Positions 14,407 to 27,200 of a DNA stretch of 64,000 nt are shown here, one piece after another (positions within the stretch are counted from its first letter, which is position 1; the number at the start of each line of letters is the position of its first letter). The notes beneath the pieces were generated by a model, which was not told where the DNA came from, did not search any database, and was given only the letters and a program-made list of their open reading frames with translations. Source of the DNA: Balanoglossus misakiensis (taxonomy: Eukaryota; Animalia; Hemichordata). The translations under genes were made by a program, and so were the position numbers. The stretch spans positions 10,467,625 to 10,531,624 of the forward strand of contig CM082579.2 of the NCBI GenBank assembly GCA_040954595.2, in the 5' to 3' direction.

Positions 14407-15233
14407 GGGACCGTTCAGTTTTTACGGCCGGGGGGGGCGGCAAAATCCAGGGGGGGGGGGGTCACTTAAATTTTGAAGTCCAAAAGGGGGGGGGTCATCT
14501 GTTTTTTTTAAACGTTTGGGGGGGGGGTCACATACTTTTGCCACCGAACTTTTACTTTTGAGTCCACAAAAATTGCAGTTTCGCACCCTTTATTTTTCAA
14601 AATTTTCTCATGTGGGAGGGGGACACCCCCTCCCACACCCACCCCCTTCATTCTCCGCCACATTTTGTTTTTTGCTGGTTTGTCTAGTGTACCAGGCCGG
14701 GCAGACTTCTTGCCACCCCACCCAGATGCTTACTGTGAGTGGAGTGCCAAAATTAAATTTTTTCCGGCATAACATTGAGTTAATTTGCTTTTGAGTTCAT
14801 TAAAATGCAACTTTGAGCACCGTATTTTACAAAATTTTCTTATGTAGGAGGGGGACACCCCCTCCCAAGCCCACCCCCGCCACTTTTCTTCTTTTACCAA
14901 TTCTAGCAACTATTGTATTGACTTGTCATTTTATTTGGATCATACATTTCTTTATTGCAACGATATACTACATGTATTATAAACTTCAATTACTTTTAAG
15001 AAATTTATAATTGAGGTGTGAGGAGCCTCATTCCCTTTATTGGATACAGTGTACATAGGATCAGGACGGCGAATGTTTTCAGCGTGGGGGGGGGGTCATC
15101 ATATTTTTGGGGCTGTCAAAGGGGGGGTCATCATTTTTTGGTGCTGGGTGAAGGGGGGGTCGGCCTGATTTTGAAAACCGATGACACAAACTTGCCAGCC
15201 CCCCCCCCCCAGCCGTAAAAACTGAACGGTCCC
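14407..15233. mobile_element. PIF/Harbinger-type MITE, copy 2 (longer)
   Basis: Same TIR as 1024-1620, TAA target duplication on both sides, inverted relative to copy 1. Confidence 0.85.
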
Positions 15234-15289
15234 TAAATAGAGATAATCATGACAAATCCATTGCATCAAATGTCAATGCTGTAACTGCT

Positions 15290-15724
15290 GTGGATGCTGA
15301 GATATGGGAAACTTGGTCAAAGGTCATCTGGTCACCCAGTTTTTACTCCATATTGGTCCATGTGCAACATAAACCAGACTTCTAGCCCTTTTGGTCAGCC
15401 TGGATCTAGGTATGCCCATAATTGATGAGTTAAGCAGGTGTCACAGGTGATCCCCGAATTTGGCACCGTATTATGGTCCCATCCCTCCAATTGCCAAGGC
15501 TGTACCTGCTCTGGATGCCGAGATATGGGAAAGTAGGTCAAAGGTCACCTGAGGTAACCCAAAATCTGGGGAGAAAAATTTGACTCCAAATTGGCCCATT
15601 GTAACAAAAAGCAGACCTCTAGCCCTTTTGGTTAGCCTGGAATTAGGTATGCACATAATAAATGAGTTTTGCAGGTGTCACAGATGATCCCCGAATTTGG
15701 CATTGCATTATGGTCCCATCCCTC
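15290..15724. repeat. Two-copy tandem repeat of about 235 bp
   Basis: gagatatgggaaa...ggtcaaaggtca...gcaggtgtcacag.tgatccccgaatttggca...attatggtcccatccctc occurs twice (about 15290-15487 and 15510-15724). Confidence 0.75.
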
Positions 15725-16489
15725 ATTCCAATCACAACGCTTCATAAAGTGACTGAGCCATAGCTGAAACTATTTTATGATCAATTATTTTCTTTGTCAT
15801 GTGTAAGTCATTCTTTATTACAAACCCATAAAAGTATTACAATAAATCCTAGTCCGCAGCCAGGTACGAAAGAAATAAACTCAACAACATATGAAAGTAT
15901 AAATGGATTTAACACAGATTTTGACAAAAGACCAATCCCACAAATTATGCAGAATGAGCCAGGGAAAAATTACATCAAAAATTACCAGACTACTGAAAAC
16001 AACATTAAAGCCCCTATAGTTGCCAAATTTTGCATTTTTACCAACGATAACATGCTACAATCTTCTCCCCCTTAAGCCACATTTAATAGCTGTATTTGCA
16101 CGAATTTTGGCAAGTAGAGGATGAATAAAATTGAGGCCTGGGGCCTGCCCAATGCAAGGAACACTCTATAAAGGTCTTCAGCAAGAAGCGGCCAAAAGAA
16201 AAATGATTCATTGCGATGCCTATAGAGATATTTATGACGTAATTTTTGAGGCTAGATTTGGCCCAACATTTGTGAAATAGTTGCAGAATATGTCTGCGGT
16301 TCTTGCACTGTCAGTAACTATCCAAACATTATCAAGCTTCAAAAATTTGGAGTGAAATCTTTTGTGTTTCTGTTGTGCACTTCATTGATTACTTGTCATA
16401 TTTTCCCTGACTTATTCTTTGCATTAATTAATTTTATTACAAAAATACAGTTTCAAAGCATGTTTTAAAAGTTTTGACAAAGTGTTTCT

Positions 16490-16690
16490 ATATTTCCTAA
16501 AATAAAGTACTTCTACATTTCCTAAAATAATGGGTGATATTATCATTTTCCGGACTTCTTTTCGCTTTTCGAGCACGGATGTTTTTCCTTATTGAAATGA
16601 GAAGACCCTTTGCCAACCATGGTTTATAAATTGCTATTTTACAGCTGTTCTTTTCTTTGATTGAAAGATTCTTTAAAGCTATACTGACAA
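16490..16690 (-). mobile_element. Degenerate LINE (CR1/L2-like) ORF2 fragment
   Basis: Peptide KPWLAKGLLISIRKNI...HYFRKCRSTL resembles the PW..gl..si..kn linker between the endonuclease and RT of CR1/L2 LINEs. Confidence 0.4.
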
Positions 16691-17034
16691 AACGGAAGGT
16701 TTTAATATCCTGTAGCTTGAGGTTTATCTTATAGCTTGAGATACGCATATTTTAATATGGAACAGTTCAGATCCGAATAAAACCACATTGCATTGGTACC
16801 TAGTTAAGTTGTCCTCACTTCTGACACAAAATTTTGATGTGCAATGCACGCGTCTGTGAAATTGGCGAATAAAAAAAATGTGTACCAGGGCAAAATTAAA
16901 AACTTGTAAAAGTCTGTCTGTATTGTCTTGTGTTATTTGCCCTCATAACTCTGTTGGGTATATCAATACATAATTGTTATGTACTTATGAGTGGAGAATT
17001 TTTTATACATCTGACCATGTGATGTTTGTGTTAA

Positions 17035-17431
17035 GGATGTACGCGCAGAACATAAATCAGAAAACTGCGCGCACCTGTCTTTTTCCCCATAAGATTACAT
17101 TGATAATTGCTAGAAAACAAACTTCTACTATTGTCATTTTCACAAAATTTTACACATAGCTCAGTCAAGTAAATATAAATTCAGTGGTCATCGCGCTCTA
17201 TTTTGAGATAAATTGCGTTAAAAATTTTGCCCATAGAAAAACCATTGGTGAAAAACGCTGAGTCAGCAGTTTTCTTCTATTATCAACTGAATTCATGGCT
17301 TTTTATTTCAAAAACAAGCGCGGTGACCCCTATATTTTATCACAGATTTTCATTATACATACACAGGATAATCCAAAAAATCCACAATTAAAAGAAATGA
17401 CAATACTTTCAATTTTGACGAACATACATCC
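17035..17431. mobile_element. TTAA-targeting MITE (Kolobok-like termini); partial second copy at about 63540-63796
   Basis: TTAA|ggatgta ... tacatcc|TTAA; the internal sequence from gcgctctattttgagataaattgcg to gacaatactttcaatttt is repeated inside the LINE at 63.5-63.8 kb. Confidence 0.75.
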
Positions 17432-17873
17432 TTAAATTCAAAGGGTACTGTCAGCTAAAGTATGATACATATAATTTTCAACAAGATTAAGAGATCTTGT
17501 TTGGTCTGTCATGTATAGACTATAAAGGTGAACAGTGTACTTGATATGACCAATCAAATTTGCATCAATTGATCCTGTGTTCATAATTAAGCTCCAGTCA
17601 TACTTTATACCACAGTAAAGCTAATCTATCTCCAATCTTTACCAGAGAAAATATTATAGCTTCAATCTTCTTTTGACAAAATCAATCAGTCAAACAATGG
17701 CATATCTATGTCTGGGATATGTATCATTATACAATTCATGAAAGTAATCATAATTCAAACTCTTTTAGAGTAACTGAATTACATACAAAATGCTAAATAA
17801 ATTCATATCTCTAGATATATGCCTGCATAGCAACTGCCTGTACAACAAAGCCTTCCCAAACACTACCGTACAA

Positions 17874-20800
17874 TTATTCTTTTTCAAAAATTCCATGCAG
17901 TCCATATGTAATATGGACTGGAACTTCAGCTCTGGCTATTTCTGTGAAAGACTCTGCATCCAGGATCAGTAGGAATGATGGATTGTTTTCTCCAACTGTC
18001 ATCACTGATGACAACACTATACCTGAAAGAAATCAAATACCATAATATTTATAGTCAATCACACTGTAGCTTCAACAGTATATTTAGGATTCAGTTGGCC
18101 CAGTTGCAGGCACTAGAGTTGTGTACATTGTGGGACTGAAAGTGTATGGTTGGGTGGTAGTATATATTTCCAATAGTAGGGTAGGTCAAATTACCGAACC
18201 ACACAATATTTTTGCATTGGCCTTATCTGAATGCTTTAAAATGATAAATATCTCAAATTGCAGTAATTTTTTCCAAGGTGACAAAATACACATCATGATC
18301 ATAAAGATTACCATCACATGATTAACAATAATTATCATGTAAATTGTCATATTATTAAATTACCACTACTTATGTGGGGAAAAAACACAGAAAGTACCTT
18401 CATCTTCTTTAGTGGCACCTGGTTTGGGCACAAAGACAGGTTCTGAAGGAAAGGCATCATTTCCGGCACTCCATTCTTTGTAGGATTTCTCCAAAACATC
18501 CCACTTCATCAACTAGAATATATAATGCAAACGATACATTGAATTACACAGGAAAATGCATTTGACTAAACGATTTAGTCTTATATTTATCACCCACTAT
18601 TGACATTGCTGAGAAATTTACACATTACCACATCACGTTCCTCCATCTGGTCCAGGAGCCCTCAGTAGACCGTAGCATAAAACACAAAATAAACCCAGAC
18701 CGAATAAGCTGCCCAATGAAGAAGACCCATTTACAGTAATAACATCAATGAAAAATAGCATCAAGGACACTGTGGTCCCATTTAGGGATTACACAAAAAA
18801 GTATACACTGGAGTACATATACAGACAGAGAGAGAGAGAGAGAGATCAATAGGCAAACATCACTGATCTGACTGACCCATAAGCTGCCAATGACATGTGT
18901 ACTGTACAAACACCAAATAGAACAGCTGGTTTAACAGTTAGCGAGTTATGTAAACATGTGCTTATACATACTTTTGCAAATACTCCACCCATACTGTATG
19001 CATATCTGTATTCTTTGCCATTCATGGAGTAGTTGATTCTTGGCAGTTCAACACCTGCAAATGAACATACTCGTTTAGTTTCAAGTTCAAGGGAACAAAG
19101 TCCAATTAAAGCTGCAAGCAGCATTGGCGGGACCCCAAGCGGACCTCACCAAATGCCAAGTAGGTGTGAACATTGGTTTAGGATCCCTGTAAGTTCATCA
19201 AATACTCGTCCATGTCCAAGAAAAATCAGAATTCCAGCCCTCAGGATGGAACATATTTGAATATACACATATACTTACTCTCATCATCACCAACATCAAT
19301 GATCTTTTCGTAAGTGCAGTGGATAGAGCCATCATCCAATTTCATTGCGGTAGCCGTGCTTTTCTCCAACGTCACTAAATTTTCACCAACAGGAGCTGTC
19401 TGCAACAGTTTCAAATTAAGAAAATTACATGTCAAGATTGATAAATCACCTCATACTGACCACAACCTGAACAACAATGGGCAGTCACCTTGGTGACATG
19501 CCTATGCACGGACCACTATTTGTTATATACACAAATGGCAAATACATATAATGTATAGTAGTGCAGATTAGAGTGATTGTTCGGCCAAATGTTTCAAATT
19601 GTGATACAAGCATGAAAATTGGTGCATAGGTATATAAAAGGCCACTTTTTAAAGAAAATAACACACATACAAATGATTTGTCATCCTACCTACCTCTTCA
19701 ATGTTCAATGGCAGGACAAAACGCCAAGGATGAACCAAGGATAAATCCCCTCCAGACTGCAGATCATCCATGTACAGACGTTTCAGTACATGCACGTCGG
19801 AGTAACCACACAGATCGACAACGAGATGACCATCCTTCTCGTAGGCATTCACATGGTGAAACGTGAAGAAGGAATCTGCAATAAATCTCGTCTCCAAAGC
19901 TTGTCCGGTCTCACGATTAATAACTCGGAACCGGTTTGGCCATTCTGGGTAGAACTCAAACGTATCCACGAAAGACCAACTGAGTAGATTAGATGCAAGA
20001 AGTTTCCAGACGTTGATGATGACCGGTTGTTCGACGAAGATGATGTACTTTTCACTCATGCCGAAACTGTGGAAGTACGACGGGTGCCCACCATGCGAAG
20101 GGACAGAGCAGATAATGGACGCTTTCTGATATGGATCCTCAACACCTGAACCATTAGTTTGAAAGAGTTAATTATATGTCATTTATGCTGACCAGCTGTA
20201 ACTGTGAGTTCATCTTAAGAAACCAACCAATCAGTAGCAACCTCTCAAGACAGTTACATGCGATGCTGTATTACAATGGCCTTGGTTTTCAAGTAATCTT
20301 TTCATTATTTCATATTGTAGAAAAGGATGCTGTCTTGCTTATCAACAATCACAAATGATATAATTTTACAGATTTGGAGAACTAATATCCAATCTCAACA
20401 GGATGGTTTGATCACACCCCTTGTGATCACATTATCCTACACCAGTATTAGCTGTATTAGAGAGCTATATTCATAGACTACATGTTGCATCAACAGTGAA
20501 GTACATGTACCTTTATCGGGTGGTGGAATTTTAATGATGTTGTAACTGCTATATTTTCCATATTTGATACCCATGTTATAGACAGTGCCATCAGGATCTG
20601 TGTGACAGTGAGCTGATGCACCATTGACGGCCAAAACTTTGCTGATATCGATCTAGAAAGAAGCATAGGGAGAGAAGTTATATACCAGTTGTATGTCACT
20701 TTCAAAGACATACATGTACACATGTAGTATATGTACCCCTTTGCCAGAATTTCTGTTCGAACCAGTGTTCTGTTGGTGTTAGTGTTTCCATGAAAATGTA

Positions 20801-22195
20801 TGGTATGATTAGCCTCAAATTAGCAGTTTTGTATACAAAAAGAATAGTGGCTAGACACATGTATGACAGACATGTTCCAAAATTAGTTGAAATCACATCA
20901 GAATAATACTGTAAAACGGGTTATTTTCGTGACAGGAAATTTTCGCAATATTAAAAGAGGCAACTGTTACGCGAGGATTTATTTTCACGTTCTCGTATTT
21001 CATTGCATCTTTATCTCCGAAAAACATTTACGCAACTTTTTATTTTCACGTTTTGTTGGCTCTCGCGTATTTCGCGAAAATTTATTGCTCGCGAAAATAA
21101 CCTGTTTTACAGTATACATGTACACCCGTATGGGATTTACTTACTTTGTCGCCAAGAGCGTCTAATGTTTTCGGATCAATCTTTCGAATATATGGCGTCT
21201 CCGTCATGGCATAGAAATCTTCCCCAATCTTAACCAAAGCAACACTGTCATTATCCGTCATTGGTCTAGACTTGAAGTGTGAAAATAATCGATGGAAGAT
21301 ACTCTTGCACGGGTCTGGGTAGGCATATGTACCAAAACTTGTCATCGCTATTCGATTGGCTCCAATCGCTTCCTTGTAGTCATCGCTCCGGAGAAATTTG
21401 TTCTGGTACGTGACCTTCCCATTGCTGATGTTAAACCTATGCAGCAATGCAAGTCCATCGAAATAATGCTTGTACTGCTGCTCCCCAACTTTATACAGTC
21501 CTTGGCCATTTCTTAAAAGATTTCCAGTCAACCATTCGGGAATTGTCCCTGGAATTAAAGAGGAATATGCTAGAATGTGATCAATAACTTTCTGATATAT
21601 AAACATATACATTTATTCAAAAAATAGCGTCAAGGACACGGTGGTCCGATTTAGGGATTACACAGAAAAAGTCTTCACCGGAGTAATTATACAAACAGAC
21701 AGACACAGAGAGATAGAGATCAACAGGCAAACACTGACTGACCCATAAGCAGCCAATGACATGTGTACTAGTACACCAAATAGAACAGCTGGTCTCTTTA
21801 AAGGGACAAAAGTCTCTCTCTCGCTGCCCTTGTTCCATTAATTATGTTTATTACGTATGACACAGTTTATATTATTCTACATGTGGATATATAGTGAATC
21901 AACGTTCAGCCACACACAACTTCCATCACGGCGTTACACAGGAACACACAGACCTGTACGTAGAGGTATACCCTCAACATGTAGCAGCACCCGCTACAAT
22001 CATTGCAGCTAGACTAGCTCAGCTGCGTGCAGGTCTGTACGCAGAGCTACATACAGACCTACCTTTGACTTTGGTTTCCATCGGTTCAGCATGATCCTCT
22101 TCAACTGGTAGGGATAAGAAGAATTTAGAAACTTGCTTGTTGAATTTCACATCTCCCTTTTCCGGCTGTTTGTCTGCTACTTCAAATGTCGCCAT
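17874..22195 (-). CDS. Carotenoid cleavage oxygenase (BCO1/BCO2/RPE65 family), paralog B, 8 exons, about 532 aa
   Basis: Exons (minus): 22063-22195, 21145-21548, 20511-20652, 19694-20145, 19279-19399, 18972-19054, 18398-18512, 17874-18022. Same intron positions as paralog A (exons 2-4 are 404/142/452 nt in both). Motifs [65 protein letters not shown]. Confidence 0.94.
18765..18930. repeat. Dispersed repeat of about 170 bp, present in introns 6 and 1 of oxygenase B (second copy about 21625-21793)
   Basis: tcaaggacac.gtggtcc.atttagggattacaca ... gactgacccataagc.gccaatgacatgtgtact ... caccaaatagaacagctggt in both places, same orientation. Confidence 0.75.
20907..21114. mobile_element. TA-flanked MITE (tactgtaaaac TIR); related copies at about 26600-26806 and 43954-44164
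   Basis: tactgtaaaac ... gttttacagta termini and a shared internal tctcgcgtatttcgcgaaaatttattgctc motif. Confidence 0.7.
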
Positions 22196-24231
22196 TTTTC
22201 GAGCCGTGATGTACTGCACGTACAACTTTGGCCAACGTCTGACACTTTGGGTCAAACAGTCTGCAAAGCTCGTATAACGCGTCGTCCTGGTAGCACTAGC
22301 CCCGCGGTCACCGGACCAACAGTTCCAACAAGATTGAAGAAGGGTGTCGATTTCTTTTTCCGCAACGAAAATTACGCATATGACCTTTCTTGAAATGTTT
22401 CACCCACTATAAGCCGAAAGAGTCTGCCGCTGACTAGACTGTTGACAAATATAAATAACAATGCATGACCTGAAACCGTCTACTATCTAGACCTTTGTCC
22501 TGGATTATAATTCCGAATGTGGTTCCTAAACAGAAAGTGGACGGAGCCGTTGGACCGTACGCAACGGGCTGTCCAGGGTTTAGATACAGCCTACGCAACG
22601 AACACAAACGGCCCAAAATAATTTAAATGGGTTACCGTAATGCCAAACAGGACCAAACCAAACAACAACATATAAATTCCAGGGCATACAATGACCTTAC
22701 AGCAGACCTTACAGACCCTGCACTGACAGACGTTGATGGCGCCATTCAACACCGATCTGCCCACATATCCCTGCCCATGATTAATTGTATAAAACAAACT
22801 GTTGTCTACGTAAATTTTGCGTCGTAAACCCCATGGCATTTGGTCTTTTTACCTGATTTTCTCTTCTAATTTAAGGACCCCATCGTGTCTGAAGGCGTCG
22901 AGAACCCGTAGCCGGAAAACGGGGTCAGTCTGCGTTCATGGTTCGAGAACTTCAGTGGCATTCGCGGGAACCAAAGACATTTTGCTATGTAGATCCATGC
23001 CTTGGTAGTAACACGGTTACTAGTACATGTATGATATCACAAAACTCAAATCGAGGGAGCTGGCTGAACTGAATGCTAACATGAAATCAACCAAGATACC
23101 CTGTAGTTCTTTATGCGCCGCCCTCTTTGAAGGCCTAAGTGCAGGCTTAAACCGCATATCACTTAGGCGATTCTCTGAGTGTTCTGATTACAAATTAAAG
23201 GATAATTATCGTCTAGGAATTCTCCTTCAGGAACCTTTTATGGCGACTGAAGAGATTCACACATTTCACAACTTTTCCAGGGTTAAGCTGTTTTATCACT
23301 ACCTAACGTGAACAAAATTTCTTACTTCATTAATTTCAATCAGTTTAGACAAACGAGGGACCTGTCACTGAACGGAAAGAGAAATAAAGTAAACGTCCGT
23401 CGTGTTACACAAGGGAAGCAAATATTCCAGAAGCATTTATCGGGAAAACTGTCATTATTTGTTTTGAAAATTTAATTTAATTTGTACACAATATAAAGAG
23501 TAAATTCTAGGGTTATCGGACAATCCAAAATTGAGAAGACGCTCCAAGAGACGCCAAGTGTTATGAAATACCAGGCGTAGACAGACGACGGCGCAACGAA
23601 ATCATGAAAATGATATTAGGGAAATGATGAAGTCCTCAAATTGATTTTGATCAATTTGAGATTGTGCCACGCAGGCTCCAAGTGAGACAAGTTTATATTT
23701 GCACAAAACGAATCCGTTATTGCAACTCATAGGATTTTACCAAAAACTTGAAATTCCGGGGTGAAATCTTTGATATACAGTGAAATCTATATGAAACATT
23801 GATGTGTATGCATTGTGGGTTTGGTATAATTTTAAGGCAGATTTACGGGCGACATTTGGGGTTATGCGCGGGAGAATTATTGCAAGTGGTTGATAGATTG
23901 CACAGGCCAAACACTGTCAGACTCTACTGTTTATGTATCCCGCATGCCTTTGCTGTGCGATGCCAATTCATTATCGTGCATTTGGAACAGGGTCTTTATG
24001 GGTTGCCATTTGTTCCGGCCGCCTCACTTAGAGGAGCAACAGAATCCGCAGCGAGCCGCCACTCGTTCAACCGATCGAGGTCAACACCGATGTCCCAGCT
24101 GCCACACATTCACGCGGCGGCGCGGCAGTGGTCTCTCGGACATCACACGTTCTGAAGACTCGCCGTTTTGTTTTTTTGCGCCTGTGATTTTCCATTCGAA
24201 TCCCCGTGCCCTCGCCGTACAACAGACCAGT

Positions 24232-27200
24232 ATGAAGCGGAGAAAGTTACTGAGACCGAACGACCATCACGTACCAAGCTCATCTCATGCCATCCACCAT
24301 TACTATATCGTAGCGGCGCTCATGCTTTGGTGGATTTCTTCAGTGAACACTTTACAGGTATGGATATATCCGTTCAATTATACGCTGTTCCAATCTGTGG
24401 AACAGAAATCAAGTAAGTTTAGACACCAGTCGAAGAAAACTCACGTGTACGCATATCAGGCCGATGTCTGTATATTTCAGGCAGTTAAATATTCAAGTAA
24501 CACAATATGTGTAAACGTGGAGCTATTTCACTGGTAGACGACTGATAGGAGTCTATGTGATGAAGGGAATTATGTCCCTTACTATCTCACCGACCGATCG
24601 GGTATTTCGTATTCATATGCATGTGGCCAAACCCAAATTTTTCGTCCGTCCGTATGTGTACTTAATGCAATCTTCGGCTCACTGCTTTTACTGACATGAA
24701 GCACGGGACAAAAGGAGAGTCCTCCAGACAGCTAAAGTGTGTTCGCTCTGAACAACATCCATTGAACTCTGGACGCTCTCTACTTGTGAGTTAATCGTGT
24801 CGTAATATGAGACTCCTTAGTTCCGGATATGCTTTTCGGTCATGGTATTTAATCAGGATCTGTTGGTGAACCACCTTCATACTATGTAAATTTTTTAAAT
24901 AGCTCGCCTATCCAAGGGACAAAATCGATCACTTTGGACAATATTTTGGTTATCTTCGTCGGATTGTTTATGTTGTACTGTTCAGTGTGATATATGGTGA
25001 ATCACGGATTGTTACAACCAGTATTGATTTGTTATGACAGTTACCGTCCCGGGATTTGCGGTGTTGCCCTAGCAACTCAGTGTACACTTTCTATCTTAAT
25101 CTCCCCATTTTTTGTTCCCGTGACTGAATAATATATCACGTTCCTCCAAGCTCAAGCTTACTTTCTTCTTCTGGTGATTTGAACGCCTGGCCATGGTGGC
25201 AATGAATTGATACAAAGTGCTGAAGACTGATAACGATTAGAGTTGCCAACGACCCGGTGCACATGTGTCATTTCAAAACGCAATATGTTATTATACAAAG
25301 GAGGCTTACTAACAAGGCGTCAAGTTGCATGAGTGCAATACCATGTAACTTTGTTTATTGATATTTGCATCGACTTGAAATGTAAAGCGGAAATAATATC
25401 CGTCAACCGATAGGTTGCAGGTGTTAGTCCCGTTGCCATGGTACTTAAGAGGATGGTGCCTCGTAGGAGTATAAGGCAGTGTTTGGAGTATAGGTTTACT
25501 CATAGACCCTGGGTGAAACGTGAACTGTTCTCCATATGCAGAGGGGCAAAGGTCGGCCAAAGAACACGTTGACAAACATGTCAAACCCCGGTTGTAAAAT
25601 TGCTTAATCAGATATCCCGCCGAACTCAAAAGCCACATAGGATACAACAATCGTTAAAAAAAACAATGAACTATTAACTCACCACAACTTGAAAATTAGT
25701 TAGGGTCAGTCAACTCAAGAACTCTTAACTACCCTCTCACTTATTGACAAGAATCGTCACAGACGTTATAGGGACTTCAGTTTTCCCTTTAAATTTGAAT
25801 TAAAAGGAGTTGTAATTTGAGTTAGCGTCACATTTTATAACCAAAATGCCAAATTTCCCTACTCTTCGTTTAGGAGATTTATGAGAAATGTGATTAATAA
25901 GCTTTCTGTAGAACCTGAACCGACAACATCACTACTATTTGCGAAAATAAGGTTTCATTAGTTCTGAATCATTTCATCCGTCCCTGGTGCATGGGAAACG
26001 TACTTCTTCGGCGAGACGGCATCATCATTGAAGCAATTTCACGGAATGTATTTCGTTTTGAGTGGAGGGCTGGTCCAAAATGAACGAATTACATTGCTAA
26101 CATGACCCCTTTAACTCCAATACTTGTGTGAAAATAAACACTGCAGAATGGTAGCACACAACACTGCGAATATGGGTCAGCTGATCCAACGGCACCACGT
26201 ACCAGGTGGCTTCAATCCATGTGCATTGTCGCAGTGTCAGTCAAACGGGGAAAAAACATTGACTTGCACGTTCTTGTGTTATTTTGAGTCTAGTGTACGA
26301 CACACTGGTAAGAATTCGACGAATTCGCTCATCTCATGGAAAAATGATAATGCAGTATCTCGTGGAATTTTCTACAACAGCCTGCAAGCGCTGCATTTAG
26401 AGAAACGTGACTCGGATCGACGACTTTCGTTTAAAGCTGGAAATCCACTTTGAACGGTGCAGACTGGTAACTTGTAATTGCCAAATTATTTTGTTGTGTG
26501 ACTCCTTGAAGGTCGCTACACAGCGGGTACGTAGACGAGGTCACAGCCCATTCTGAACCACGAGTCTTATATACCCTCATCGTCCACATGCATATTGCTA
26601 AATGATTCCGATTTTCGCGAGTTGAAATTTTCGCGATATCGAGAGAGGCCACTGTTTCCCCGAGTATTAATTTTCGCGTTCTCTTATTACATTCACTGAA
26701 TCGTTATCTTCAAAAAAAATTTACGCGACTTTTTATTTTCACGCTATTTTGTCTCTCGCGTATTTCGCGAAAATTTATTGCTCTCGAAAATAAAGTGTTT
26801 ACAGTATATATATACATATGCGAAACAATGTTGTAGAGATTTCCTGCCAATCGTTTCTCCAGCTACCCTTACTTATTTTAAATTCTCCATCCACCATTTG
26901 TGGAGAGAAGTGCTTCCAATAATTGCCAGTGGTGCAATTACCCTGTCTTATACATTTGAAGCAAGGTCAACTTAAATTACCCTACAAATCCACCCTGTGC
27001 TGACATGGTAACTTGATATCTGGAAGAGCGATAGAAAACCCTGGTAATGTACTAATAGTCATCATTTGCAAATGTCGTCAATATATGATCCTCTTTACCA
27101 CGTTATAGACTTGCTTTTACGTAACATGTCGTGCCCATAATTCTACTGGAGTGCCACATGTAACATTATGTCATATGAAATTTTGAATGCATTTTTTTAT

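Noticed and set aside
23890-24231. 5' part of the 215-aa ORF upstream of the VEGF ATG
   Set aside because: Starts at a non-ATG codon and has no recognisable features; probably 5'UTR. Only 24232-24357 is used as the coding exon.
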